Of a stretch of DNA of 64,000 bases, positions 1 to 8,639 are shown in pieces. The translations under genes and the position numbers were made by a program. The notes below the pieces were generated by a model, which worked only from the letters and a program-made list of their open reading frames with translations, did no database searches and was not told where the DNA came from. Source of the DNA: Bacteroidales bacterium (GTDB lineage: Bacteria; Bacteroidota; Bacteroidia; Bacteroidales; UBA1402); NCBI GenBank assembly GCA_045627385.1, contig JAZQNO010000032.1, positions 16,956-80,955 of the forward strand, written 5' to 3'. How positions within the stretch are numbered: the first letter of the stretch is position 1; each line of letters begins with the position of its first letter.

Positions 1-2920
1 CGTACATGGCTTCGCTGTTCATACGCGCCTTGTTGATGATCTTCTGCCCCAGACGGTAATGGAGGAAGGTGGTCAGAGACAACTGCTTGTATTTGAGGGT
101 GAAACCGCCGCCGCCGGTGAACAGCGGGTTGGAGTTGCCCAGATATACGATATCGTTCTGGTTGATGACGCCGTCGTGGTTGATGTCTTCATATTGGGCA
201 TCGCCCGGGAAACAGGTGATATCGCCGTTCTTCATCACGATGGGTCTGCCGTCGAGGTCGAGCATCACATTCCCTTGCGCGTCGCGTGCGTAGGTCTGGT
301 CGGTATTGTCATAGACACCCAGGTAACGGTAGCCGAAGAAACTGCCCACGGGCACACCTGCCACATTGCGTTTGGCATAGTTGCCGTTGCCGAAGGAATA
401 TTCGTCGTCGGCCATATTCGACGGGAGTTTCTCGATGCGGTTCACATTGCGGGCAATGTTGTAGTTGAGAGTGAGTTTCCAGTCGTGGCTGTTGATGGCG
501 GTGTAGTCCAGACGGAACTCCCATCCGGTGTTGCTCATTTCGCCCGAGTTGTAATACTTGATCTGGTTGGAACTGACGCCCGTCACTCCAGAGTGGTTGG
601 TGTTGTAGCCGGTGGAAGCGGGAATCGACATGTTCTGCTGAAGCAGATCGGTCACATACTTGTAATATATGTCGAAGGTGGCGGTCAGCTTTTCCTCGAA
701 GAAACCGGCATCGAAACCAGCGTCGTATTCGTTGGCGGTCTGCCATTTCAGATTGTTCAGTTGAATCGACATGGGCACGATGGCGGCATTGTCCATATAG
801 CCGGTGCCGAGAGAGGAATAGATACCCATATAAGGGGCGGTCCCTGAAGGAGCGGCGCCGCTCTGTCCCCAACTGGTACGCAGTTTCAGAGAGCTCAGCC
901 ATTCGACATCCTGCAGGAAGTCTTCCTCTTTGATGTGCCAGGCAAGACCGGCCGACGGGAAGATACCCCAACGGTTGGCCTTACCGAGAGAAGATTTGCC
1001 CTGAAAATTGACGGTACCCGAAATGATGTAGCGGTTGAGGAAAGTGTAGTTGAGTCCGGCAATACCGCTGGCCGATCTCACTTGAGAGTCGCCCGAACCG
1101 CGTCCGCCAGGCACTACGGCTCCATTGGTCGACGGGTCTGACGCATACCGCGAAGATACGCCGTAGATGGTGTTGGTGTAGTTGCTGCTCTGGCTGTCGG
1201 AGGTGCGCCACAAGGCAGTGGCCACGATGTTGTGCATTCCCTCCCAGTTCTTGCGGTAGATGAATTTGTTTTCGGTCTGCAGGGCCAGATTGTCGCTGTA
1301 GGCGTCCTTGCTCTGGTTGGCGTAAGTGTTGTCCATTGTCACGCCGGTGGCACTCTGCGGCAGGAAGGCCCGGTTCTTGTTGGTCAGGAATTTCATCGAG
1401 ACGTAGCCGGTATAGGTCAGTCCCGGCAGAATGTCATAGTTGATGCGGAAGTTCATTTTCTCTTCCTGCATCCGGGTGTTGTTGTAACTGTCGTAGACCA
1501 TTGCCAGCGGATGGAAATTGCGGCTTCCCGTAAAGGCTCCCTGAAATTCTTCCGCATTCTGACGGTTGAAATAGCGGTCGGTCGGAAGGCCGGTCTCGTC
1601 ATCGATCCAGTAAGGGCTCTTGTTGGGCATCTTCAGCATGGCTTCCGAACGCACGTTGTTGGTCCAGTTGGCTTTCTTGTCGGTCTCCGCAAAGGAGAAA
1701 TCTGCATCCACCCGAAGTTTGTCGTTAAAATGGTAACCGATGTTGAGCGTGGTTGAGAAGCGGTCCATGGCAGTGCCGATGGTGGTACCGTCTTCATTGG
1801 CATAGGCCAGCGAGAAACGGTAGGTGGCCTTTTCACCGCCGCCGCTCATGGAAAAGTTGTTGTCGGTGGTGTAGGCGTTCTTCACCACTTCGGACAGCCA
1901 GTCGGTCTGGGCATTGTATTCGTCAAAATAACGCCACTCCTTGTTGAAATTGATTTCAGGCGTGTTGTAGAGCTTTTCCAGCAGGGTGGCATTGTTGCTC
2001 ACACCTTTGGCGTTGGCAGCGTTCCAGATGGCGTCTTCGATGAAGGAGACATATTCTTTGCCGTCAAGCATGGGAATGGATTCCGGCTCATACTTGGCGG
2101 TCAGTTTGGACGACAGGGTGAAACGGGGCTTGCCTTTCGTACCGGTCTTGGTGGTGATGAGCAAAACGCCGTTGGCGCCCTCTGTTCCGTAGATGGCCGT
2201 GGAAGCTGCATCTTTCAGCACCTCGATGGATTCGATGTCGAAGGGCGACAGGTTCAGCATGGCGGCATAGTCTTCGTTGTTGGCTGTGGCGAAGTCGAAA
2301 CTGTCGTCGATATCCGTGCTGTAAGGCACTCCGTTGATGACGATGAGCGGGTCGGCACTGGTGTTGAGGGTGGCGGTACCGCGGATTCGGATGGAATTTC
2401 TGGCACCAGGGTCACCGCCGGCCAGAATGTCCACACCGGCCAAGCGGCCTTGCAGCGCCTCTTCCACAGAAGTCACCGGCATGATTTCTACGATGTCGCT
2501 CATCTCAATGTGCTGCGTGGAAGCAGTCTGTTCGCGCATAGTGATACCCATTTCGCTCTTGTGCTCCTTGCGGGCCGATACGACCACATCATCCAATGTC
2601 TTGGTGTCTTCTTCCAAGACCACATCGAGCACTTTCTGCCCGTTGTAGGCGACCGACTGGGTCTTCATGCCGATATAGGAGAATACGATATTGAACGGGC
2701 CTCCGCTCTGAGGAATACGGATGCTGTATTCGCCGTTGTAGTTGGTCACCGTGCCGTAGACCATACGGTTCTGGGCATTGTTGACGGTGACATTGACCCC
2801 GATGGCGATTTCCTTGCTGCCTGCGAAATTTTCGTAGACATGTCCGGTCAGGATCTGCTGGGCGGACGCCGTTGCCAGGACAAGCAACAGCATGGACAGA
2901 AGGGAAACTATCTTTTTCAT
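1..2920 (-). CDS. SusC/RagA-family TonB-dependent outer-membrane transporter, N-terminal ~973 codons (C-terminus beyond left edge; missing from ORF track because edge-truncated)
   Basis: Hand translation of the reverse strand from ATG 2920 (alt ATG 2926). MKKIVSLLSMLLLVLATASAQQ signal peptide, CarboxypepD_reg-like GHVYENFAGSKE..GTVTNYNGEYSIRI, plug motif SVEEALQGRLAGVDI, barrel motif SSLKLRTSWGQSG. Frame stays open to nt 2. Confidence 0.85.
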   Translation of the reverse strand, partial: MKKIVSLLSMLLLVLATASAQQILTGHVYENFAGSKEIAIGVNVTVNNAQNRMVYGTVTNYNGEYSIRIPQSGGPFNIVFSYIGMKTQSVAYNGQKVLDVVLEEDTKTLDDVVVSARKEHKSEMGITMREQTASTQHIEMSDIVEIMPVTSVEEALQGRLAGVDILAGGDPGARNSIRIRGTATLNTSADPLIVINGVPYSTDIDDSFDFATANNEDYAAMLNLSPFDIESIEVLKDAASTAIYGTEGANGVLLITTKTGTKGKPRFTLSSKLTAKYEPESIPMLDGKEYVSFIEDAIWNAANAKGVSNNATLLEKLYNTPEINFNKEWRYFDEYNAQTDWLSEVVKNAYTTDNNFSMSGGGEKATYRFSLAYANEDGTTIGTAMDRFSTTLNIGYHFNDKLRVDADFSFAETDKKANWTNNVRSEAMLKMPNKSPYWIDDETGLPTDRYFNRQNAEEFQGAFTGSRNFHPLAMVYDSYNNTRMQEEKMNFRINYDILPGLTYTGYVSMKFLTNKNRAFLPQSATGVTMDNTYANQSKDAYSDNLALQTENKFIYRKNWEGMHNIVATALWRTSDSQSSNYTNTIYGVSSRYASDPSTNGAVVPGGRGSGDSQVRSASGIAGLNYTFLNRYIISGTVNFQGKSSLGKANRWGIFPSAGLAWHIKEEDFLQDVEWLSSLKLRTSWGQSGAAPSGTAPYMGIYSSLGTGYMDNAAIVPMSIQLNNLKWQTANEYDAGFDAGFFEEKLTATFDIYYKYVTDLLQQNMSIPASTGYNTNHSGVTGVSSNQIKYYNSGEMSNTGWEFRLDYTAINSHDWKLTLNYNIARNVNRIEKLPSNMADDEYSFGNGNYAKRNVAGVPVGSFFGYRYLGVYDNTDQTYARDAQGNVMLDLDGRPIVMKNGDITCFPGDAQYEDINHDGVINQNDIVYLGNSNPLFTGGGGFTLKYKQLSLTTFLHYRLGQKIINKARMNSEAMY

Positions 2921-2925
2921 TTGCA

Positions 2926-5346
2926 TCAGAACATTCCGTTAATTAAATGGACGCAGCCGTCGCTGAAGACGAATGGCAGGTAGTGGTAGTCGCCTACGAA
3001 GGAAATCTTCCGGCTGTCTTCCAGACGGCGGACAGTGAAACCGGGAGCCTCCTCGGTGATGACCACCTTTGCGGTATTGTAGGATACACGCCCCTTTTCA
3101 TCCACGATTTCGATTGAATTCAATGTGGCCATTCCTTTGGAAGTGTCTTCCTTCCATCCGGGGAAAGGATAGTTGGAAACGCCGGCTGAGGAGAAAGAGA
3201 CGAAATAGGTCTTCAGATAATTCTGCAGAAGTGTCTGGCAGGAATCGTCGGCTATCGAAATGCAGTCGAGAGGATTGCCTCCGCCCGCCAGAGCCTCGCT
3301 GTCAACGGTCAGACCGGGAAGCTGTCCGGCGCTGATGGCTGCATAGACGGCTTCGTTGGTGGGAATGAGCATGATCAGAGTGGTTTCATCTGCCGGAATA
3401 AAGTCGAAGGAGGATTTTCCGGAAGTGAACATGTTGGCCATATACAGCAGATTGGTGAACGCGTAATAGGGCATGTCCGGAGTGTTGCGCTGGCTGTAGC
3501 AGAGCGTCTGGAAAGAGGAGATGGAACTTTCACTCGGGTCACCCACGAACAGTCTGCCTTCGTAGGAGTATGACTTTCCGTTGGTCCATTCTCCGTCTTC
3601 CGTATAGGATTTCAGTTCGTGGATGGGGACGAAAAGTTCCTCGTCGGTCTTCTGCTGTTCGATAGGATAGATGCGCTCGTTGAAACGGAAACTGTTGGTG
3701 AGTTTGCCGTCGAGCAGATACCAGTAGAACAGGTAATCGGGCGAGAAGCAGCGGAATACCTGCAGACCGGAAGCCGCCGTGGTGTCAAGTTCCGTCACAT
3801 TGAAATTGCAGGAAGACAGGTCGGTGAGATGACCGTAGACCAGACTCTTCTTCACATTGTTGTTGAGCGCCTTTCCATCGCGCATGAGATAGCCGTCACG
3901 ATCGTTGTAGGTGATGCCGCTGGCCAGAATCTGGTCATTGTCGGGCATCAGGGAGATGAGACGCGTTTCATCGCTGTACAGAGAAGCGGCGATGTCTTCT
4001 ACGGCATCGAACATCAGCAGGTAGTAGCTCAGTTTCTTGTACTGGTAGGCCGGTCCGGTAATGGAGGAGAACATGGCCGGAATGGCTGCTTCCTCGCAAC
4101 CGTACAGCAGACCGTTTTCGCAGAGAATGCGGTATTTTTCGGGCACCGCTTCCAGATTGACATTGATGGCCGTTCCGTAGCTGTTGATGATGTCGCCTCG
4201 CTGTATCTCTTCAGGAAAGGCCAGGTTGCCGTCATACTTGTTGCCGTCTTTCTTGCCCTGATAGACAAAATTGAGCAGCAGTTTCTTGACGCTGGCCTGG
4301 CTGACGCTCTTGAGATCTTTGTAACCGCCTTTGGCCCAATAGTTGTCGAAGAACTTGTTCAGGGCATTGTCGGTAGGAGCGAAAACCGTATAGCCGACAC
4401 TCGACAGAGTGGTCAGCTGGGTATAATCGGTCGTGGGCCATTCCAAGGCAATCTGGGGAAGGTTGCCCGAGCCGTCGGAGAAAGTGCGCAGGAAGAGCTT
4501 TTCGCCGTTGCCGTATTCCTTCGACAGTTCAGCATCGTAGGTGAACGATTCGTACTGCTTGTAAAGCGACAGGAACTGACTGAAACTGCTGTCGTTGTTG
4601 AGTTCGTCGTAAATGGTGTTGAGCGGCTCCAGTACATGGTCGATTTCGTGGACGAAACCGTTGCTGGTAATCTGATTGCCCTTGCTGACGGCCGCATTGG
4701 CCACGTTGAAACCGATGCCGGTCGGATTCCACTCTGTTTCCGGGAAGAAATAGCGGTAGTTCTTGGCCGCATCGATCTGTTTGGTGGTGAAATAATTCTC
4801 AGAGAAAGACGGCAGGAAACGTTCGTGATGGTAAATCGTCACGTCGCGTTCTCCCTTTCTGTCCCAGTCGACGGAATTGGGGTCCTTGCTGTAGGTGCGG
4901 TGCTTGTAGTACATTCCCGCATAGACCATCTTTTCCTCATCTGTCACATCGTCGCCTTCTTCCGGACGGAAATTGTTGAGCTTGTCCGCATTGTAGGCAT
5001 AATACATCAGGTGGAAAGCGACCAGTTTCTCCACTTCCGTGCTGTCCATGTCTTCGAGACAGGTCACACCGTGTTTGGCAAAGTAGCTGTCGAAGGCTTC
5101 ATCGTCGGGAGCCATGACGGTGACGATGCCTTTTCCGTCGACTAGATCGTGGTAGCCAGCCATATCAATGGCTTTCAGGAAGATGGAATGTCTTCCCGTC
5201 TTTTCCAAGACTTCGTAGTTGTTGCCTTTGATCCAATCGGGACGCTCATAATACTCTGCCATGTGGTCTTTGCACGACCCTAAGGTAGCGGCAGTCGCCA
5301 GCAACATGGCTGGACAAAGGCATTTGAAGAGATTTCGATGGTTCAT
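2926..5346 (-). CDS. Surface lipoprotein with four fasciclin (FAS1) domains; candidate PUL glycan-binding protein
   Basis: 806-aa ORF with lipobox LATAATLGSC. FAS1 H1-like motifs TVMAPDDEAF, TVFAPTDNALNKF, LISLMPDNDQI, LIMLIPTNEAV and H2-like GFVHEIDHVLEP, CVHLINGMF. Stop lies 5 nt before the SusC ATG. Confidence 0.8.
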   Translation of the reverse strand: MNHRNLFKCLCPAMLLATAATLGSCKDHMAEYYERPDWIKGNNYEVLEKTGRHSIFLKAIDMAGYHDLVDGKGIVTVMAPDDEAFDSYFAKHGVTCLEDMDSTEVEKLVAFHLMYYAYNADKLNNFRPEEGDDVTDEEKMVYAGMYYKHRTYSKDPNSVDWDRKGERDVTIYHHERFLPSFSENYFTTKQIDAAKNYRYFFPETEWNPTGIGFNVANAAVSKGNQITSNGFVHEIDHVLEPLNTIYDELNNDSSFSQFLSLYKQYESFTYDAELSKEYGNGEKLFLRTFSDGSGNLPQIALEWPTTDYTQLTTLSSVGYTVFAPTDNALNKFFDNYWAKGGYKDLKSVSQASVKKLLLNFVYQGKKDGNKYDGNLAFPEEIQRGDIINSYGTAINVNLEAVPEKYRILCENGLLYGCEEAAIPAMFSSITGPAYQYKKLSYYLLMFDAVEDIAASLYSDETRLISLMPDNDQILASGITYNDRDGYLMRDGKALNNNVKKSLVYGHLTDLSSCNFNVTELDTTAASGLQVFRCFSPDYLFYWYLLDGKLTNSFRFNERIYPIEQQKTDEELFVPIHELKSYTEDGEWTNGKSYSYEGRLFVGDPSESSISSFQTLCYSQRNTPDMPYYAFTNLLYMANMFTSGKSSFDFIPADETTLIMLIPTNEAVYAAISAGQLPGLTVDSEALAGGGNPLDCISIADDSCQTLLQNYLKTYFVSFSSAGVSNYPFPGWKEDTSKGMATLNSIEIVDEKGRVSYNTAKVVITEEAPGFTVRRLEDSRKISFVGDYHYLPFVFSDGCVHLINGMF

Positions 5347-5349
5347 CGC

Positions 5350-7014
5350 TTATTTGATAAGGGTTTTCTGTCCGTTGTGAATGTAAAAACCGGGTGCTTG
5401 AGGTTCAGACACACGGCATCCGTTCAGACTGATCCAGTCTTCTTCGGAGGAATCCTGTTTGCGGATGGTCGTCAGTGCATCGTTGTAGCCCTGCCCGGTC
5501 ACATACTGGTAGTCGCTCAATTCGGCTTCCACGATGTGGGCCACCAGGCTGTTGAGGTAGTTTTCAAGATTGGTGTAGCCGTTTTCAGCCACAGCCTTGC
5601 CGTCGAGCGGATATTTCGGATTCAGACCGTGGGCTTCCTCCCACTCGTCGGGCATGCCGTCGAGGTCGGTGTCGAGCGGGCATTCCGTGCTGTTGAGCGT
5701 GGGCCAGGCACTCCAGTCGGCACCGGCGCCGGCAGGCTTCAGGTCCTCCTGGCTGTCGATGATGCCCGGATAGCTGCGGCCTGAGGGGTCGCGCGTACCT
5801 TTAAAAGTATAGGTGCCCTGACGGCATTCGCGTACCAGACGGGTGTCGATAGCGTCGCGCGAGAGCGAACAGCCCGCCGTATTGAGCACCTTTTCAAAAG
5901 CCACCTGGGCGGTGTGTGTGGTCACCGTACCGGCATCGAGCGGCTCGCTGAGTTTCATCGAGGCCCTTTCGGCGGCAGTCACATCGCTGATCTGTATGGC
6001 GGTAGTTGCCCAGTTGTTCTGACAAGTGGTCTTCTCAAGCGAATTGGTAGGCATTGCATAGGTGTCGCTGAGGGAACTGCACCAGTTGTCGGTCACATAA
6101 TAGGCGCCCAGTCTGGGACGGGCGTCGTCATCGGCGTTGATTCCGGGACCGAAAATCATGGCGCGGCGGTTGCCGGTGGTGGTGCCGGGTCCCGGTTTGT
6201 AATAACAGGCCACGATGTTGGCCTTCATGCCTTCACCGCCATAGGCTCCCACGACTTCGCCGTAGTTGTAGATGACATTGTTGCGCAGGTCAACCACATC
6301 GCGTCCGTCGGTGTAGTCAGACGGCCCAAGACGCGGCGTACGGCTACTGTGTTGAGTGAGGAAGTTGTGGTGGAAAGAGGTTTTGGCACCGCCCCAGATG
6401 CCTCCATAGCCGTGACCGCCTTTCGTATGGTTGCTGTAGCGGAGGCTTTCGGAAACGATGCACCATTGAAGGGTGAGATTTTCGTCTCCGTAGAACGAAA
6501 CGCACTCGTCCACACTCCAGGAGCAGGAACAGTGGTCGATGATGATGTCCTTGATGCCGCGTCCGCCCAAGGCATCGTCTTCCTGCTCGGGATGAAGGTC
6601 TCCCATGCGGATGCGCAGGAAGCGGATGATGATGTTGCTTGCATTCACGTGCACGGGATATCCGGCCAGGCAGATGCCGTCGCCGGGAGCTGTCTGACCG
6701 GCGATGGTCAGATTGCCGCTGTTGATGTTGATGGCGTCGCTCAGGAAAATGGTGCCGCTCACGTCGAACACGATGGTGCGATTGTCGGTTTTGTTGAGAT
6801 AATAGCGCAACGTGCCAATCTTCGGATTCTTGGCATCATCCTCCAGAGAAGTGACATGATAGACCGCTCCACCGCGACCGCCGGTGACATACCGTCCGTG
6901 GCCCTCCGCGCCGGGGAAAGCCGGTATTTTTTCGGCTTCCTGCTCAGCAAACAGACTCGCAGGCAGAAAAGTCAGCAACAACAAGGATAAAATCTTCAAT
7001 GTTTTCATTTTCAT
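5350..7014 (-). CDS. Pectate lyase, PL1 family, with T9SS C-terminal sorting tail
   Basis: Start trimmed to MKMKTLKILSLLLLTFLPASLFA (ATG 7014, 1 nt after the GH28 stop). Motifs AFPGAEGHGRYVTGGRGG, IAGQTAPGDG, IIIDHCSCSW, HSSRTPRLG. Asp-rich DTDLDGMPDEWE. Tail ..PGFYIHNGQKTLIK. Confidence 0.85.
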   Translation of the reverse strand: MKMKTLKILSLLLLTFLPASLFAEQEAEKIPAFPGAEGHGRYVTGGRGGAVYHVTSLEDDAKNPKIGTLRYYLNKTDNRTIVFDVSGTIFLSDAININSGNLTIAGQTAPGDGICLAGYPVHVNASNIIIRFLRIRMGDLHPEQEDDALGGRGIKDIIIDHCSCSWSVDECVSFYGDENLTLQWCIVSESLRYSNHTKGGHGYGGIWGGAKTSFHHNFLTQHSSRTPRLGPSDYTDGRDVVDLRNNVIYNYGEVVGAYGGEGMKANIVACYYKPGPGTTTGNRRAMIFGPGINADDDARPRLGAYYVTDNWCSSLSDTYAMPTNSLEKTTCQNNWATTAIQISDVTAAERASMKLSEPLDAGTVTTHTAQVAFEKVLNTAGCSLSRDAIDTRLVRECRQGTYTFKGTRDPSGRSYPGIIDSQEDLKPAGAGADWSAWPTLNSTECPLDTDLDGMPDEWEEAHGLNPKYPLDGKAVAENGYTNLENYLNSLVAHIVEAELSDYQYVTGQGYNDALTTIRKQDSSEEDWISLNGCRVSEPQAPGFYIHNGQKTLIK

Positions 7015-7015
7015 A

Positions 7016-8443
7016 TCAATAAATGACGGTTGTATCGGGAGAAATGAAAGCGACATTGCGGAAACGGATGTCGCAGGTGTCGATGGCTTCGAGAGGTTTG
7101 TTGCCACGGATGACGGAATTCTTCACTTCAATGTCGTGGAGCAGCATTTCGGGCAGTCCCTGCATGATGCCGACGCTGCCTGAAGAAGCGCAGTTGATGC
7201 CGTCCAGATAAATGTGGTGGAAGGTGGGAGTGCCTTCGTCCACCGGTTTGATTTCGCGCACACCTTTCGTGAAATAGTAGAGGTCGAAGAGAATGGCGTT
7301 GCTTTTGATGTTGGACATGTTGATGTTTTCTGCCCAGATGTTCTTCACTTCGCCACCTCTTCCCCGACAGCTCTTGAAGCGGAGTCCGTTGTCGGTGGAG
7401 ACGAAGGTGCAGTTGCTGATACGGACATCGCGCACGCCGCCGCTCATCTCGCTGCCGATGACAAATCCGCCGTGTCCTTTGAAGACGGTGCATCCTTCGA
7501 TGACCACCCGTTCGGTGGCCACGCCGCGGCGCCGGCCTTCCTCATCCTTTCCGGATTTCAGGCAGATGGCATCGTCTCCGGCATCCAGCAGACAGTCTTT
7601 CACGAGCACATCGCTGCAACTCTCCAGATCGAGGGCATCTCCGTTGGCGGCCCAGGACTCGTTCATCATGCTGACACCGTCGATGATGAGATGGCTGCAC
7701 AAGGCCGGGTGGAGACACCAGGCCGGACTGTTGCGGAAAGTGATTCCCTTGAGCAGGATGTTGTCGCAGCGCAGCAGGTTCACCATGACCGGGCGCAGAT
7801 ATTCCTTCACGGAAAGACAGTCTTCATAGTCGGTCTTGTCGTAGGGCCTGCCGTCTCCTTCCAAAGCACGAGGTGTCGGGAACCAGGTATCCTCCTTCTC
7901 GTTCAGACATCCGCCCATGCGCAGAAAATCGCGCCAGATCCAACTGCTGACATTGTTTTTCCTCACGGGTCTCCACCAGTCGCCGTTACCATCGAAGATG
8001 CCTTCGCCAGTCACGGCAATGTTCTCGGCATCGTGGGCCGTGATGGGCGACATGACCCGCCAGCTGTCCTTGCCTTCGTAGTAGGTGCGGATCAGCGGAT
8101 AGGCGTCGTAGTCGTTGGTGAACTGGATGATAGCTCCCTTTTCGGTATGCAGACAGATGTCGCTTTTCAACTCGATGGGGCCGCTGGTCCACGATCCGGC
8201 AGGAATGACGACAGTGCCGCCACCCATCGATGACAGACTGTCTATGGCCTGCTGGATGGAGGTCAATCCGAAATTTTCGGCCTTGACGGTAAGAGTGCGG
8301 GATGGAAAGACGGGGGCTTTCAAAGCCTTCATCTCAAAGGGCAGATTCTGAAAACAGTCGGCATACTCGTCTTTCCGGCAGGCGGAAAAGAGAGTGACGC
8401 TGGCCGCACACAGAAGAATGAGTTTTTTTGCAGACGGTTTCAA
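7016..8443 (-). CDS. GH28 polygalacturonase/exo-polygalacturonosidase lipoprotein
   Basis: 475-aa ORF with lipobox VTLFSAC. GH28 signature blocks NGDALDLESC, DAGDDAICLKSG, GHGGFVIGSE, GLRFKS. Confidence 0.9.
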   Translation of the reverse strand: MKPSAKKLILLCAASVTLFSACRKDEYADCFQNLPFEMKALKAPVFPSRTLTVKAENFGLTSIQQAIDSLSSMGGGTVVIPAGSWTSGPIELKSDICLHTEKGAIIQFTNDYDAYPLIRTYYEGKDSWRVMSPITAHDAENIAVTGEGIFDGNGDWWRPVRKNNVSSWIWRDFLRMGGCLNEKEDTWFPTPRALEGDGRPYDKTDYEDCLSVKEYLRPVMVNLLRCDNILLKGITFRNSPAWCLHPALCSHLIIDGVSMMNESWAANGDALDLESCSDVLVKDCLLDAGDDAICLKSGKDEEGRRRGVATERVVIEGCTVFKGHGGFVIGSEMSGGVRDVRISNCTFVSTDNGLRFKSCRGRGGEVKNIWAENINMSNIKSNAILFDLYYFTKGVREIKPVDEGTPTFHHIYLDGINCASSGSVGIMQGLPEMLLHDIEVKNSVIRGNKPLEAIDTCDIRFRNVAFISPDTTVIY

Positions 8444-8471
8444 TTTTGTAATGATGAGAGGTTAACCGATG

Positions 8472-8479
8472 CAAATCTA
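8472..8479 (-). promoter_or_regulatory. Bacteroidetes -7 box TAgaTTTG upstream of the GH28-PL1-FAS1-SusC operon
   Basis: Reverse strand reads TAGATTTG, ending 29 nt upstream of the GH28 ATG. Matches the TAnnTTTG consensus. Confidence 0.4.
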
Positions 8480-8639
8480 TTTCAAATGACATTAATAAGG
8501 GTGTATTTTTTCGGGGAAAGGGTGGATATTTTCAGTTTAAAAAAGTGCACCCAAACTGAAAAAAAGTCCGACTCCCCCCACAGATTGATATCTAATTTTA
8601 CTGCCAGAAAAAATTCTTTCACTTTTAAACTCATAACAA

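Noticed and set aside
3619-5145. Very long ORFs antisense to confident genes. Examples are 59..847, 3619..5145, 5914..6990, 7214..8233, 9057..10508, 11508..12503, 15274..16116 and 20951..22345.
   Set aside because: Each mirrors a gene with clear family motifs on the other strand. Their translations are V/G/D/A/H/R-rich and low in complexity, with no signal peptides or motifs. Stop-poor antisense frames are expected from the codon bias of the sense genes.
5350-7107. A 92-nt overlap between the PL1 ORF as given in the track and the GH28 gene. Similar N-terminal extensions occur for 25109..25945, 26122..26856, 29835..30887, 33743..34144, 42192..43646, 49473..51503, 52140..52910, 55656..56684 and 57718..58368.
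   Set aside because: In every case an internal ATG starts a canonical signal peptide or conserved N-terminus and removes the overlap. The extensions come from longest-ORF calling, some with TTG/GTG starts.
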